This document shows positions 9,839 to 18,352 of a stretch of DNA of 64,000 nt, one piece after another. A program made the position numbers and the translations under genes. A model generated the notes under the pieces. The model was not told where the DNA came from. It searched no databases and saw nothing but the letters and a program-made list of their open reading frames with translations. Location of the stretch: contig JAZDNT010000003.1 of assembly GCA_043799405.1 (NCBI GenBank), forward strand, positions 271,461 to 335,460, in the 5' to 3' direction. Every line of letters starts with the position of its first letter. Positions within the stretch are counted from its first letter, which is position 1. The stretch comes from Candidatus Kerfeldbacteria bacterium (GTDB taxonomy: Bacteria; Patescibacteriota; Patescibacteriia; SBBC01).

Positions 9839-9967
9839 TCATGCGTTAACGCTCTTAAGAATGGCTTTGGTAACTATGTCCTCGGCTACTTTGTTAGAAA
9901 TACCACGAGAACGCAAATAAAACAACTGTTCCGGATCGAGCGGCGCGACTGTTCCCACATGTGGTTC
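9839..9967 (-). pseudogene. relic of the 3' end of a SufD/SufB-like gene
   Basis: Minus-strand hand translation gives ..HVGTVAPLDPEQLFYLRSRGISNKVAEDIVTKAILKSVNA*, the conserved (D/E)EQLFYLRSRG C-terminal motif of SufB/SufD. There is no upstream ORF, the frame differs from sufB, and it lies directly after the sufB stop. Confidence 0.6.
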
Positions 9968-9968
9968 T

Positions 9969-11291
9969 CTAGGCAACGCTCTTCTCCATTTCCATACTGA
10001 TAAGTCGATTCAACTCCGCTGCGTATTCCATCGGCAATTCCTTCACGATCGGCTCGATGAACCCGTTTACGATCATGGCTGATGCTTCAGCTTCGGTCAA
10101 TCCGCGGGAACGTAGGTAGAACAGTTGTTCATCGCCGAGTTTCCCGACCGTTGCCTCATGGCTCACGGTGGCCGTGAGTTCGCTGCTCTGCACCGTCGGA
10201 TAGGAATCCGCGCTGCTTCGCGGATCGATCAGCAACGAGTCGCACCGCATGTGTGACCGTGCACTACGAGCTCCCCGCGCAACGCGGACAAGCCCTCGGA
10301 ACGACGTCCGGCCACCCTGCTTTGCGACCGACTTCGACGTGATTACCGACGTCGTTTCGGGGGCTCCGTGGACCATGCGGGCGCCCGTGTCCTGATGCTG
10401 TCCCGTTCCTGCAAGCGAGAGCGACAGCATGCTGCCATGGGCTTTCCTGCCGACGAGAAGACAGCCGGGATACTTCATGGTCACGCGCGAGCCGATGTTG
10501 CCGTCGATCCACTCCATCACACCCTCTTCCTCGACGCGCGCGCGCTTTGTCACGAGATTGTAGACGTCCCGCGACCAGTTCTGCATCGTTGTGTAGCGGA
10601 CCTTCGCGCGCTTCCCGACAAAAATCTCGACGACACCGGCATGCAAGCTGGCTGCCGAGTACCGCGGTGCCGTGCATCCCTCGATGTAGTGCATCGAACT
10701 GTCGTCGTCCGCGATAATGAGCGTCCGCTCGAACTGCCCGAGCCGCTCGGCATTGATCATGAAGAACGCCGACAGCGGCGCCGCTACTGTAACGCCCTTC
10801 GGCACGTAGATGAACGACCCGCCGGACCATGCCGCGGAGTTCAGTGCCGCGAACGGGTTGTCGTGCGCCGGTACCAGTGTTCCGAAATACCGACGGACGA
10901 TCTCCGGGTGCTCGCGTACGCCATCCTCCATGCTCGAGAACACGACGCCGAGCTTCCGAAGAGCGTCACGGTAACGATGGTAGATCATTTCCGAATCGAA
11001 CTGCGCGCCGACGCCGGCGAGCAGTTTCCGCTCCGCCTGCGGCACGCCCATGCGGTCGAAGGCGCGTTTCACGTCACGGGGCACGTCGCGCCATGACCGT
11101 GTCGCATCGCCTATCGGCTTTAGGTAGTATTTCAGATCACCGAACCGGAGACCTGTAAGACTCGGCCCCCACGAAGGCCGTCCGCATTTCCTGAACGCTG
11201 CGAGCGACTTCAATCTCGATGCGGTCACCCATTCCGGTTCATGTTTCTGCACCGAGATGCTGCGGACGACATCGGCCGATGGTCCGGTCAT
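9969..11291 (-). CDS. sufB: Fe-S cluster assembly protein SufB
   Basis: 440 aa with NSAAWSGGSFIYVPKG, TLIIADDDSSMHYIEGCTAP and GDEQLFYLRSRGL motifs of SufB. Confidence 0.9.
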   Translation of the reverse strand: MTGPSADVVRSISVQKHEPEWVTASRLKSLAAFRKCGRPSWGPSLTGLRFGDLKYYLKPIGDATRSWRDVPRDVKRAFDRMGVPQAERKLLAGVGAQFDSEMIYHRYRDALRKLGVVFSSMEDGVREHPEIVRRYFGTLVPAHDNPFAALNSAAWSGGSFIYVPKGVTVAAPLSAFFMINAERLGQFERTLIIADDDSSMHYIEGCTAPRYSAASLHAGVVEIFVGKRAKVRYTTMQNWSRDVYNLVTKRARVEEEGVMEWIDGNIGSRVTMKYPGCLLVGRKAHGSMLSLSLAGTGQHQDTGARMVHGAPETTSVITSKSVAKQGGRTSFRGLVRVARGARSARSHMRCDSLLIDPRSSADSYPTVQSSELTATVSHEATVGKLGDEQLFYLRSRGLTEAEASAMIVNGFIEPIVKELPMEYAAELNRLISMEMEKSVA

Positions 11292-12415
11292 CGCATCCTC
11301 GCTGCATCCACGAACCGCCCGTAGCCGTTCTGTGCGACCTGTGAAGCCAGTCGCCGGTCCCCCGATCTCACGATCTTTCTTACAATTCCGCGGCGAGTAT
11401 CCATCTCAATGACATCCCCATCTCGAAACACCTGTGTTGCCTCTTTCGTTCCGACGATGCACGGTTTTTTCAACTCACGCGACACAATCGCGGCATGACA
11501 CATCAGTCCTCCTTCATCCGTCACGATCCCTTTTGCCCGCTTCAGCATTGGAAACATCTGCGGGTTAGTCATGCCGGTGACTATAATTTCTCCCGCTTCG
11601 AGCCGAGTGGTGTAGGTAAACGAAAAATGACGTCGGACTCTGCCCCGAACGACATACGGTACCTGATATGCAACCCTTCCATAGACTTCTCTTTCATCGC
11701 CAGCCGGTAACAGTCGCCGTTTCCAACTCTGAAAAGCTGGCCCGGTCAGAATGACCCAACGTCCGCCACGCTGCAGCAGCACGTACCCGTGCTCTCGAGC
11801 TCGAACGGCTTGTGGAATGTTTCGAAAAAGCGACTTCGCGCCTTTTCGAAATTCATCGACTGAATGCATCAACAAGAGTTTTGAGGAAATATGAAGCTGC
11901 CGACCGAGGCGTTGCACCTCACGGATCAGCATATCTTCAAGGATACTCAACCGCTTATGAGCCTCAATTTTATAGTGGCCGATGTACTTCAGCATCCGGT
12001 ATACGCCGGGTTTACTGCTGTGTTTTTCGACACCAGCGAGCGACGTGCCGTCGGTATAGAAGTAGCTTTTTCCTAAATCGTAAAAGAGTAAAAATATCAA
12101 CTCGATCCTTTGTATTCTCTGTTGAATGTTCACACGACCGACGAACTGTTTTCTGATTCGATCTACGGTCGAAAATCGCTTTCTACCTTCGACAAACATC
12201 TGCTTCCAAGACCGATTGTGAAGAAGACGTTTAAGCGTCAAGTTGCTCGCTTCCCGCAGTCCTTTCTTAGAAAGGTAAGCTGAAAAAATTGGCGGCGGAT
12301 TAGTGAATAAGAACACATAGTCAACGTTGTAGTAGTCTGTGTGATATTGAAAGGCATCAATCACTAATAGCGTGAAGTCTTGACGATAATGAAGATGATA
12401 TAAATTTCGTTTCAT
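11288..12415 (-). CDS. PEP-utilising-enzyme mobile (phosphohistidine swivel) domain protein with SufC-derived C-terminal tail
   Basis: 375 aa. The C-terminal block GEIIVTGMTNPQMFPMLKRAKGIVTDEGGLMCHAAIVSRELKKPCIVG is the PEP-utiliser swivelling domain. The last ~30 aa (IVRSGDRRLASQVAQNGYG) duplicate the SufC C-terminus. The N-terminal 250 aa are AT-richer and unassigned. Confidence 0.65.
   Translation of the reverse strand: MKRNLYHLHYRQDFTLLVIDAFQYHTDYYNVDYVFLFTNPPPIFSAYLSKKGLREASNLTLKRLLHNRSWKQMFVEGRKRFSTVDRIRKQFVGRVNIQQRIQRIELIFLLFYDLGKSYFYTDGTSLAGVEKHSSKPGVYRMLKYIGHYKIEAHKRLSILEDMLIREVQRLGRQLHISSKLLLMHSVDEFRKGAKSLFRNIPQAVRAREHGYVLLQRGGRWVILTGPAFQSWKRRLLPAGDEREVYGRVAYQVPYVVRGRVRRHFSFTYTTRLEAGEIIVTGMTNPQMFPMLKRAKGIVTDEGGLMCHAAIVSRELKKPCIVGTKEATQVFRDGDVIEMDTRRGIVRKIVRSGDRRLASQVAQNGYGRFVDAARMR
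11348..11375. repeat. 28-nt perfect direct repeat, copy 1 (SufC-tail duplication)
   Basis: cagtcgccggtcccccgatctcacgatc is identical to 12495..12522. Both copies encode IVRSGDRRL on the minus strand. Confidence 0.9.
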
Positions 12416-12434
12416 AACGTACTTGTTTTTTACT

Positions 12435-13175
12435 CTATAATTTTTTGCTTCCTTTCATCAACCATCCATACCCTTTTTTCTCAATCGACAGCGTCAGTCG
12501 CCGGTCCCCCGATCTCACGATCCTTCCCCCCACCATGATGTGCACGCGGTCCGGTTTCAGCAGTGCCGTAACCTTCGGATTGTGCGTAATGACCAAAAGA
12601 CCCATTCGTCCCCGCACCTTGCTGATCCCCCGAAACACCGCCCTGAGCGCATCTATATCCAGTCCCGAATCAGGTTCGTCGAGAAGTGCCATTCTCGGCT
12701 GCAGCATAGCCATCTGCACGATCTCGCTGCGCTTCTTTTCTCCGCCGGAAAGACCATCGTTGAGGTTCCGCGTCGAAAACTCTCCGCCAAAGCCCAGTGC
12801 ATGCATCTTCTGCTCAGTATATTCACGAACGTTCTTCAATACAGTACCCTTTGTTCCGCGGTACGCACTTCGGATGAAGTTTGTAAACGATACTCCTGCA
12901 ACCTCGGTCGGATGCTGGAACGATAGGAAGAGCCCAAGCCGTGCCCGCTCCTCCGGTTTGAGTTTAAGTACGTTCTTTCCCCGGAACGTCGCAGTCCCCT
13001 TCGTAACGGTATACGAGGGGTGGCCTATGATGGTCATGGCAAGCGTACTCTTACCAGACCCGTTCGGACCCATGAGCACGTGCGTCTCGCCCGCCCTCAC
13101 GGTCAATGTAACGCCGTCCAGTATCTCTGAACTGTTAACGCTGATGTGAAGATTTCTGACAGCGAGTGCATTCAT
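12435..13175 (-). CDS. sufC: Fe-S cluster assembly ATPase SufC
   Basis: Walker A GPNGSGKST, ABC signature LSGGEKKR, Walker B LALLDEPDSGLD. The start at ATG 13175 (MNALAVRNL..) forms an ATGA overlap with the upstream regulator. The ORF track start at 13208 is in-frame upstream. Confidence 0.9.
   Translation of the reverse strand: MNALAVRNLHISVNSSEILDGVTLTVRAGETHVLMGPNGSGKSTLAMTIIGHPSYTVTKGTATFRGKNVLKLKPEERARLGLFLSFQHPTEVAGVSFTNFIRSAYRGTKGTVLKNVREYTEQKMHALGFGGEFSTRNLNDGLSGGEKKRSEIVQMAMLQPRMALLDEPDSGLDIDALRAVFRGISKVRGRMGLLVITHNPKVTALLKPDRVHIMVGGRIVRSGDRRLTLSIEKKGYGWLMKGSKKL
12495..12522. repeat. 28-nt perfect direct repeat, copy 2 (authentic sufC 3' end)
   Basis: Identical to 11348..11375. Confidence 0.9.
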
Positions 13176-13558
13176 AACAGTTTCATTGTAGCGGCGCATG
13201 ACGTACATAGCCCATATCCAATAAGCTGCGAATAGAATACGACCTGCGCTCCATCCATTTTCCGTTGGACGTAGTCGTCAAGCGTCTTACTACTCAAACG
13301 CCTTGTCTTCCCACACCGTTGGCAGTGGAACACGGCCTCGTGGGAACTGTGCCCGATATAGCGCCGGACGCCGTCGTTCGTTTCGACGACGACGATCTCG
13401 CCCCTCTTCGCGAGAAGGTCGAGGTTGCGGAATACGGTTGCCCGGGCAAACCCAGGCTCAGCGCGAATAATTTCCTCTGCAGAGAGCGGCGCTGCGCTCT
13501 TTTTTACTTTCGCTAGTATCCGTCGGCGCTGTGTTGTGTGTCGTGAGGAAGCCTGCAT
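13172..13558 (-). CDS. Fur/Zur/PerR-family metalloregulator
   Basis: Winged-helix N-terminus (QRRRILAKV..LSAEEI...ATVFRNLDLLAKRGEI), then HCQRCGK and CTSC cysteine pairs. First gene of the suf operon. ATG 13558 is preferred over the TTG at 13579 used by the ORF track. Confidence 0.7.
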   Translation of the reverse strand: MQASSRHTTQRRRILAKVKKSAAPLSAEEIIRAEPGFARATVFRNLDLLAKRGEIVVVETNDGVRRYIGHSSHEAVFHCQRCGKTRRLSSKTLDDYVQRKMDGAQVVFYSQLIGYGLCTSCAATMKLL

Positions 13559-13585
13559 ACTATTGAGACAAAGTCTCAATAGTAT
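13557..13585. promoter_or_regulatory. perfect 13-3-13 palindrome, candidate autoregulatory operator of the Fur-family gene
   Basis: atactattgagac-aaa-gtctcaatagtat. The arms are exact reverse complements. It abuts the ATG of the regulator and extends upstream of it. Confidence 0.6.
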
Positions 13586-13648
13586 GAATAGTACTCCCCT
13601 TTACTGCGCTAGTCAAAGGGGGTTACAACAAGCACTGCAAGGAATCGC

Positions 13649-14062
13649 TCAAAACGCAGCACCCGAGACCGATGTATTGAACGCCGGACTAAAAACGACA
13701 ACGAGATCGAAGTCGCTGAGCGCTACGGTATTTGGAATGGCAAGCAAAAACGTTGCGTGATCGAACGTCTGGTCAGTAAGGTCCTTGAGCGTTGCTACCT
13801 TGTTGAAGTTCTTCTGCAGCCGGATCTCTGCAGGCACGCTCGTGTCGCCATGATAAGAAAAATCATCGAAACGAAGCGTTCGCGCATCAACGACCGTCAC
13901 GGTCCCGGAAATCCCCCACCGCGGATACTCCTGGAACGTCGCCGTGCTCCCGACACGGGGTGTCGCGAACGTATCATCCGTCTTATTGACCGAGCACCCT
14001 GCACCGATAAAGAGAACGAGCGCTGTGACGACAGAAACAATTGCTAATGTCATTTGTCTCAT
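13649..14062 (-). CDS. lipoprotein with DM13-like beta-sandwich domain
   Basis: 137 aa. Lipobox LFIGAGC. The body GTVTVVDARTLRFDDFSY.GD...LQKNFN resembles the DM13 domain (tentative). Confidence 0.45.
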   Translation of the reverse strand: MRQMTLAIVSVVTALVLFIGAGCSVNKTDDTFATPRVGSTATFQEYPRWGISGTVTVVDARTLRFDDFSYHGDTSVPAEIRLQKNFNKVATLKDLTDQTFDHATFLLAIPNTVALSDFDLVVVFSPAFNTSVSGAAF

Positions 14063-14889
14063 AGGACACCTCGCGCAATGATGATGACCTTTTTTCCGTT
14101 CGCAGCACCATTACCTGCTTTCGTCCTGTCGCCCTTCGGCACCCAGTCGTGCATGGCGTTCATGACGACTGCAGTGTCGTACACGTAATCGGCTCCCTTC
14201 CGCGTACCGGGATCGTTCGTAATGAACCTCCCGTCCTTCGTGTATCCCTTGATAACAAGGTTATGGTATACCGGACCAGGCTGACGGAAATTGGGATTGC
14301 CAAGCTCGCGCCCGGCTGTCGGAACAATAACCGGTCTGCCTGATACGACAGCGCGTTTGATCGCATCGACGGTCGGATCTTCAATAAGATCGAACGAGAT
14401 GTCGTACATTCCTGTCAGGATCGATGCCGATTCTGCTGCGGTTGTATCGTAGTAGAAACCGAGGTGCTCGACCTCCCACGTCTTTAGCTGCTGGAGCGCA
14501 TCCTCTGCCTCATCCTTATCCGCGATCCCCCGATCCTGCCAGTACCTCCCGACCATGAGCACCGCGGCCTCCTCGCAGAACTCATCGTGGTCAGTGTCCC
14601 AGTTCGCGTGCGGCGCCTGCGACGTGAACGGCACCTTAAGATTGAACTCTTCAGGAAGCGGCTTTTCAGCGACCGGGGTATTCGTGTTCAGGTTCGCGTT
14701 CGCGTTTTCGCTTGTGTTACTGTTACTGTTCGTTACGATATCGTCGCGGTTCACTGCCGCAGGAACGTCTTCTGTATGCGAGAAGAGCCTATCCTTGATC
14801 GCAACGCGGTGCGTGTAGCCGAACCAGCCTGCAAGAACAGCAAGGATAACGGTGCAACTTACAACGATTTTTCGTACGCTCAGGTGCAT
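14059..14889 (-). CDS. peptidase C39-like domain protein (paralog)
   Basis: VPFTSQAPHANWDTDHDEFCEEAAVLM...YHNLVIKGY aligns with 6552..7601. Asn-rich linker. Start ATG 14889 (MHLSVRK.., TM helix) lies 1 nt after the ZIP gene stop. The ORF track start is 14928. Confidence 0.55.
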   Translation of the reverse strand: MHLSVRKIVVSCTVILAVLAGWFGYTHRVAIKDRLFSHTEDVPAAVNRDDIVTNSNSNTSENANANLNTNTPVAEKPLPEEFNLKVPFTSQAPHANWDTDHDEFCEEAAVLMVGRYWQDRGIADKDEAEDALQQLKTWEVEHLGFYYDTTAAESASILTGMYDISFDLIEDPTVDAIKRAVVSGRPVIVPTAGRELGNPNFRQPGPVYHNLVIKGYTKDGRFITNDPGTRKGADYVYDTAVVMNAMHDWVPKGDRTKAGNGAANGKKVIIIARGVL

Positions 14890-14890
14890 A

Positions 14891-15658
14891 TCAATGCATC
14901 GGAATGAAGAAGAGAATGCCGGCGCCAAGCAGCAGCATGAAAACCTGAATAACTATCTTTATGCGATCCCGCTCATGGAATAGGTGCGGCAGGAGGTCGC
15001 TCATGGCGATATATAAGAGGTTACCGGCAGCGATAGCGAGCAATGGGGCGAATAAGCCCTCGATGTTCGTCGCGAAGAAGTACGCGATCACCGTGCCGAG
15101 CGGAGCGACCAGCGCGCTGATGAAATTAACGAGGAACACCTTTTTCCTGCTCATGCCGCTGCGGATCAGTATGGTGAAATCCGCGATCTCGTGTGGCAGT
15201 TCATGAACAAGGACCGACGTCGCGGTCGCCATACCGAGTGGAATGCTCGCAACGAACGTAACCGCAACCGTTATACCATCGATGAAGTTATGGACCGTAT
15301 CACCGAACACCACGAGCGGGACTGATCGCCGCAGCGTCTCCGCGTTTGCGCTGTCGTCATCATCTACCGCGTGCTCATGGCTGTGGACGGAGGCGATGAT
15401 TCGCTCGATCACGAAGAACACCAGAATGCCGAGCATGACGTACCCGAATGCCGCTCTTGTCTCTGAAAAACCGGCGAGCGCTTCCGGCAGAAGATCGAAA
15501 AACGTAACGCCCAGCAGTATGCCTGCGGAAAACCCGATGAGCACCCGGGAAAGCATACGGGCTACTCGCTCGCGGGCAAGAAGGAGAAGCCCACCGGCAA
15601 GGCCTCCGACGCTCGCAATGATGCTCGCCGAAAGCGCGAAGACAAAGACGTTGTTCAT
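14891..15658 (-). CDS. ZIP-family divalent metal transporter
   Basis: 255 aa, about 8 hydrophobic helices, a His/Asp-rich loop (HSHEHAVDDDD) and the HELPHEIADF ZIP signature. Confidence 0.8.
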   Translation of the reverse strand: MNNVFVFALSASIIASVGGLAGGLLLLARERVARMLSRVLIGFSAGILLGVTFFDLLPEALAGFSETRAAFGYVMLGILVFFVIERIIASVHSHEHAVDDDDSANAETLRRSVPLVVFGDTVHNFIDGITVAVTFVASIPLGMATATSVLVHELPHEIADFTILIRSGMSRKKVFLVNFISALVAPLGTVIAYFFATNIEGLFAPLLAIAAGNLLYIAMSDLLPHLFHERDRIKIVIQVFMLLLGAGILFFIPMH

Positions 15659-15732
15659 GGTAAAAAGTATATCGCGTTCGCTTCGGTCTGACTATAGCGT
15701 TCTCATTCTATTTTGCTATACTGCCAGGTGTC

Positions 15733-17307
15733 ATGGCACAAAGCAAACCATTTGCGCGCATAGTGCTACCCGTACTTACCATAGGGCTTTTCGCGCTCGT
15801 ATCAAGCGGCGTTCGTCTCTACGTCCACTTCGCTTTCGCGCAGACCCCGCGTCCAATTACGTCCTGTGACAACTCGGTGTGGGACGTTTCTTACCGCACC
15901 TACTCCATCAGCAATGACCTCGTCGCATCAGGCGGACTCGACTGCCTGACGCCGACCGTCAGCAACGTGACGATCGAGGGCAACGGCAAGACCATCACCA
16001 CAGACGGCGGAAATGCTGTCCGGATCGTCAACCAGGCCGGTATCGTCATTCGGAGCGTCGTTTCATCATCTGATATCTCGATTGAGGAGGAGGCTGCTGA
16101 CAGGAACCTTGTCGATCGCTTCAGCGGAGGCGGGGACGTCGTTGTTCTCGATGGAGATAATAATGTAATAACCAATAGCACCATCGGGAGTTTCCGCGCG
16201 GTCGGACGGGGATCTAATGCCGCAGCCGGTGAAATGGTGACGAACAGTACTATCGAAGGCACCGCGGACGTCCTCGTCGAGATCACTGGATCTGAACAGT
16301 CACCGTGCCCACTCGGCGAACATACGATCTCGAACAATACCATCATCAACCATCGTTCCGGAACCCCGACAGACGCTTTGGCGACGTTCATGCTGTGCTG
16401 CACGTCGAACAGTACAGTGCTCGGAAACGTAATCCGATCCACTGATTCGGCAGTCGGCCTTTCGATCCGCGATGATGCCAGCAGTACGACGTTCGAAAAC
16501 AATACCTTTTGGACTAACGCGGGAGTAGCGCTGCTCATTGCCGCAGGAGAGCCCGATAAAGGATACCCCTCAGGCAACACCTTCAAGCAGAACACGTTCC
16601 GATCCGAGAACGCACCGAGCAACTCCATTCAAGCGATCGGCGCGAATAACCAGTTCCTCTATAACACCTTTTGGGGGAATGACGTGTTCGCGGGAGGAAC
16701 TATTACCGGCGGTTTCGGAAACACGTTCGACCACAATACCTTCTACGTCGAAGGGTCAGGAAACCGTAGCCAGCGCATGGTCTATGAGAACGGCCCACCA
16801 GCCGATACATTCACGAACAATATATTCGACTACAGCGGTCCGTCCGTATTTTCGTTCGACGCGTTCTCGTTCAACCGCATGACGAGCAACTACAATCTCT
16901 TCCACAACAGGACGGGTAGCGTGACCTTCGGCTCTTACGGCTCAATCGCGAACTGGCGAAGCGAGAGCGTCCGTGCAGGTCATCCGGAAGACGCGAACTC
17001 GCTCGTCGCAAACCCGATGTTCGTCGACCCTTCCACCGGTAACTTTTCGCTCACAATCGATTCGCCGGCGAGGAGCGCTGGAACGAATGGATCGGATATC
17101 GGAGCATACAGCAGCAAGCCGACCGAATCGTGTACAGAACGGTGGACATGCGGTGGCTGGTCAACGTGCATAAGCGGCATACAGCAACGCACCTGCGTCG
17201 ACAGTAGCAGCTGCGGCACTATCTACTCGCGGCCAATCCTTAACAAAGCATGCACCCAGACCGATACGGCCCCTCCTGCTTTTATTAAAAACCTCAAGGT
17301 GCAGTAG
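15733..17307 (+). CDS. secreted right-handed parallel beta-helix repeat protein with Cys-rich C-terminal module
   Basis: 524 aa with a signal-like N-terminus. Repeated N-x-I/V-x-x-N/S-T/I turns (NNTIINH, GNVIRST, NNTFWTN, NTFKQN, NTFWGN, HNTFYV) are typical of NosD/pectate-lyase-fold repeats. C-terminus CTERWTCGGWSTCISGIQQRTCVDSSSCG. Confidence 0.55.
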   Translation: MAQSKPFARIVLPVLTIGLFALVSSGVRLYVHFAFAQTPRPITSCDNSVWDVSYRTYSISNDLVASGGLDCLTPTVSNVTIEGNGKTITTDGGNAVRIVNQAGIVIRSVVSSSDISIEEEAADRNLVDRFSGGGDVVVLDGDNNVITNSTIGSFRAVGRGSNAAAGEMVTNSTIEGTADVLVEITGSEQSPCPLGEHTISNNTIINHRSGTPTDALATFMLCCTSNSTVLGNVIRSTDSAVGLSIRDDASSTTFENNTFWTNAGVALLIAAGEPDKGYPSGNTFKQNTFRSENAPSNSIQAIGANNQFLYNTFWGNDVFAGGTITGGFGNTFDHNTFYVEGSGNRSQRMVYENGPPADTFTNNIFDYSGPSVFSFDAFSFNRMTSNYNLFHNRTGSVTFGSYGSIANWRSESVRAGHPEDANSLVANPMFVDPSTGNFSLTIDSPARSAGTNGSDIGAYSSKPTESCTERWTCGGWSTCISGIQQRTCVDSSSCGTIYSRPILNKACTQTDTAPPAFIKNLKVQ

Positions 17308-17315
17308 ACCCCCCT

Positions 17316-17339
17316 GGTACCTCTACAGGGTACCGTTTT
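17316..17339 (+). terminator. putative intrinsic terminator
   Basis: ggtacc-tctacag-ggtacc stem-loop followed by gtttt, 9 nt after the stop at 17307. The stem is short. Confidence 0.35.
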
Positions 17340-17344
17340 GAGAA

Positions 17345-17374
17345 TTGGCGTAAAAACCCTTTATTTGCTATACT
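17345..17374 (+). promoter_or_regulatory. putative sigma-70 promoter of the HU gene
   Basis: TTGGCG - 18 nt - TATACT. AAGGAG Shine-Dalgarno at 17416..17421, 7 nt before the ATG. Confidence 0.35.
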
Positions 17375-17428
17375 TTTTCCACAAGACAGTATCTTAGCAA
17401 AGCTAATTAACAAGTAAGGAGCACACAC

Positions 17429-17722
17429 ATGGCAGATAAACCCATGAATAAGTCGCAACTTCTCAACCACCTCGCTGAGAAGTCCGGCCACAGCCGCAAG
17501 GACGTAGCGGGACTCTTGGATCTTCTCGTCCAGACCGCCTACGGCGAGGCAAAGCGCGTCGGGGAGTTCACGATCCCCGGCCTCGGTAAGTTTGTAAAGA
17601 AGAACCGAGCAGCGCGAAAAGGGCGCAATCCTGCGACAGGCGCTGAGATCATGATCCCGGCGAAGACCGTCGTGAAGTTCCGCGTCGCAAAAGCTGCGAA
17701 GGACTCAGTTCTCGGAGCATAA
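17429..17722 (+). CDS. hup: HU-family DNA-binding protein
   Basis: 97 aa. MNKSQLL..LAEKSG.SRKDV...IPGLGKF..K.R.AR.GRNP.TG..I.IPA..V.KF is the HU/IHF signature. Confidence 0.9.
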   Translation: MADKPMNKSQLLNHLAEKSGHSRKDVAGLLDLLVQTAYGEAKRVGEFTIPGLGKFVKKNRAARKGRNPATGAEIMIPAKTVVKFRVAKAAKDSVLGA

Positions 17723-17738
17723 CCTCCACCATTAAAAA

Positions 17739-17768
17739 CCTGCCCCCGAATACGGCGGCAGGTTTTTT
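17739..17768. terminator. intrinsic terminator between convergent genes (A-tract / hairpin / T-tract)
   Basis: aaaaa-cctgcc-cccgaatacggc-ggcagg-tttttt. An A-run upstream and a T-run downstream allow function in both directions. Confidence 0.65.
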
Positions 17769-17795
17769 GGTTTACAATTCGGTCCGCACAGAACC

Positions 17796-17826
17796 AAAAA
17801 CCCGCCGGGGAAACCCCAGCGGGTCT
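17796..17826 (-). terminator. intrinsic terminator of the RRM gene
   Basis: Minus strand reads acccgc-tggggtttccccg-gcgggt followed by ttttt, 15 nt after the stop at 17841. Confidence 0.55.
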
Positions 17827-17840
17827 TGGTTAGTACGACG

Positions 17841-18155
17841 TTAGTTGCCCCAGTTGCTGCCGCCGCCGCCGCGGTTGAATCCGCCGCTTCGACGCTGTGG
17901 CCGCTCGGTCATTGGCCGAGCTTCGTTGACCGTGAGGGTTCGTCCCTCAAAGTCCTTGCCGTTGTACATCTCGATCGCCTTCGCGGCATCCTCGTCCGCC
18001 GACATCTCGACGAACCCGAAGCCTTTTGATCGGCCTGTCATCCTGTCCATGATGATGGTAGCAGAGGTGACCGTGCCGGCCTGTGAGAAGGCGGTCTTGA
18101 GGGATTCCTCAGTTGTCGTGTACGGAATCCCACCAACGTATAGTTTCTTCGCCAT
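17841..18155 (-). CDS. RRM-type RNA-binding protein with Gly-rich tail
   Basis: 104 aa. RNP2 LYVGGI and RNP1 KGFGFVEM motifs; C-terminal RRSGGFNRGGGGSNWGN. Confidence 0.85.
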   Translation of the reverse strand: MAKKLYVGGIPYTTTEESLKTAFSQAGTVTSATIIMDRMTGRSKGFGFVEMSADEDAAKAIEMYNGKDFEGRTLTVNEARPMTERPQRRSGGFNRGGGGSNWGN

Positions 18156-18352
18156 GTTCTTCTTAAACCTTTCTTACGAATCTTTTTTTACTGTACGGAC
18201 GACCTACTTTCTTTTTTGGCCCTACTAAAAACCAAGGCCTGTGCTCGCCGTCTCCGGCGAACCGGCTCAATGTCTTTCGTATGAAAACCTACGAAGAAAC
18301 CATACAGCACTCACACTATAGCACAACCACAGAATTACGCAAGCCCCCCGCG

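Noticed and set aside
9664-9849. A 61-aa plus-strand ORF across the sufB-sufS spacer.
   Set aside because: It is composed of the GC-rich repeat element (a Gly/Pro/Arg-rich translation) and lies antisense to the operon.
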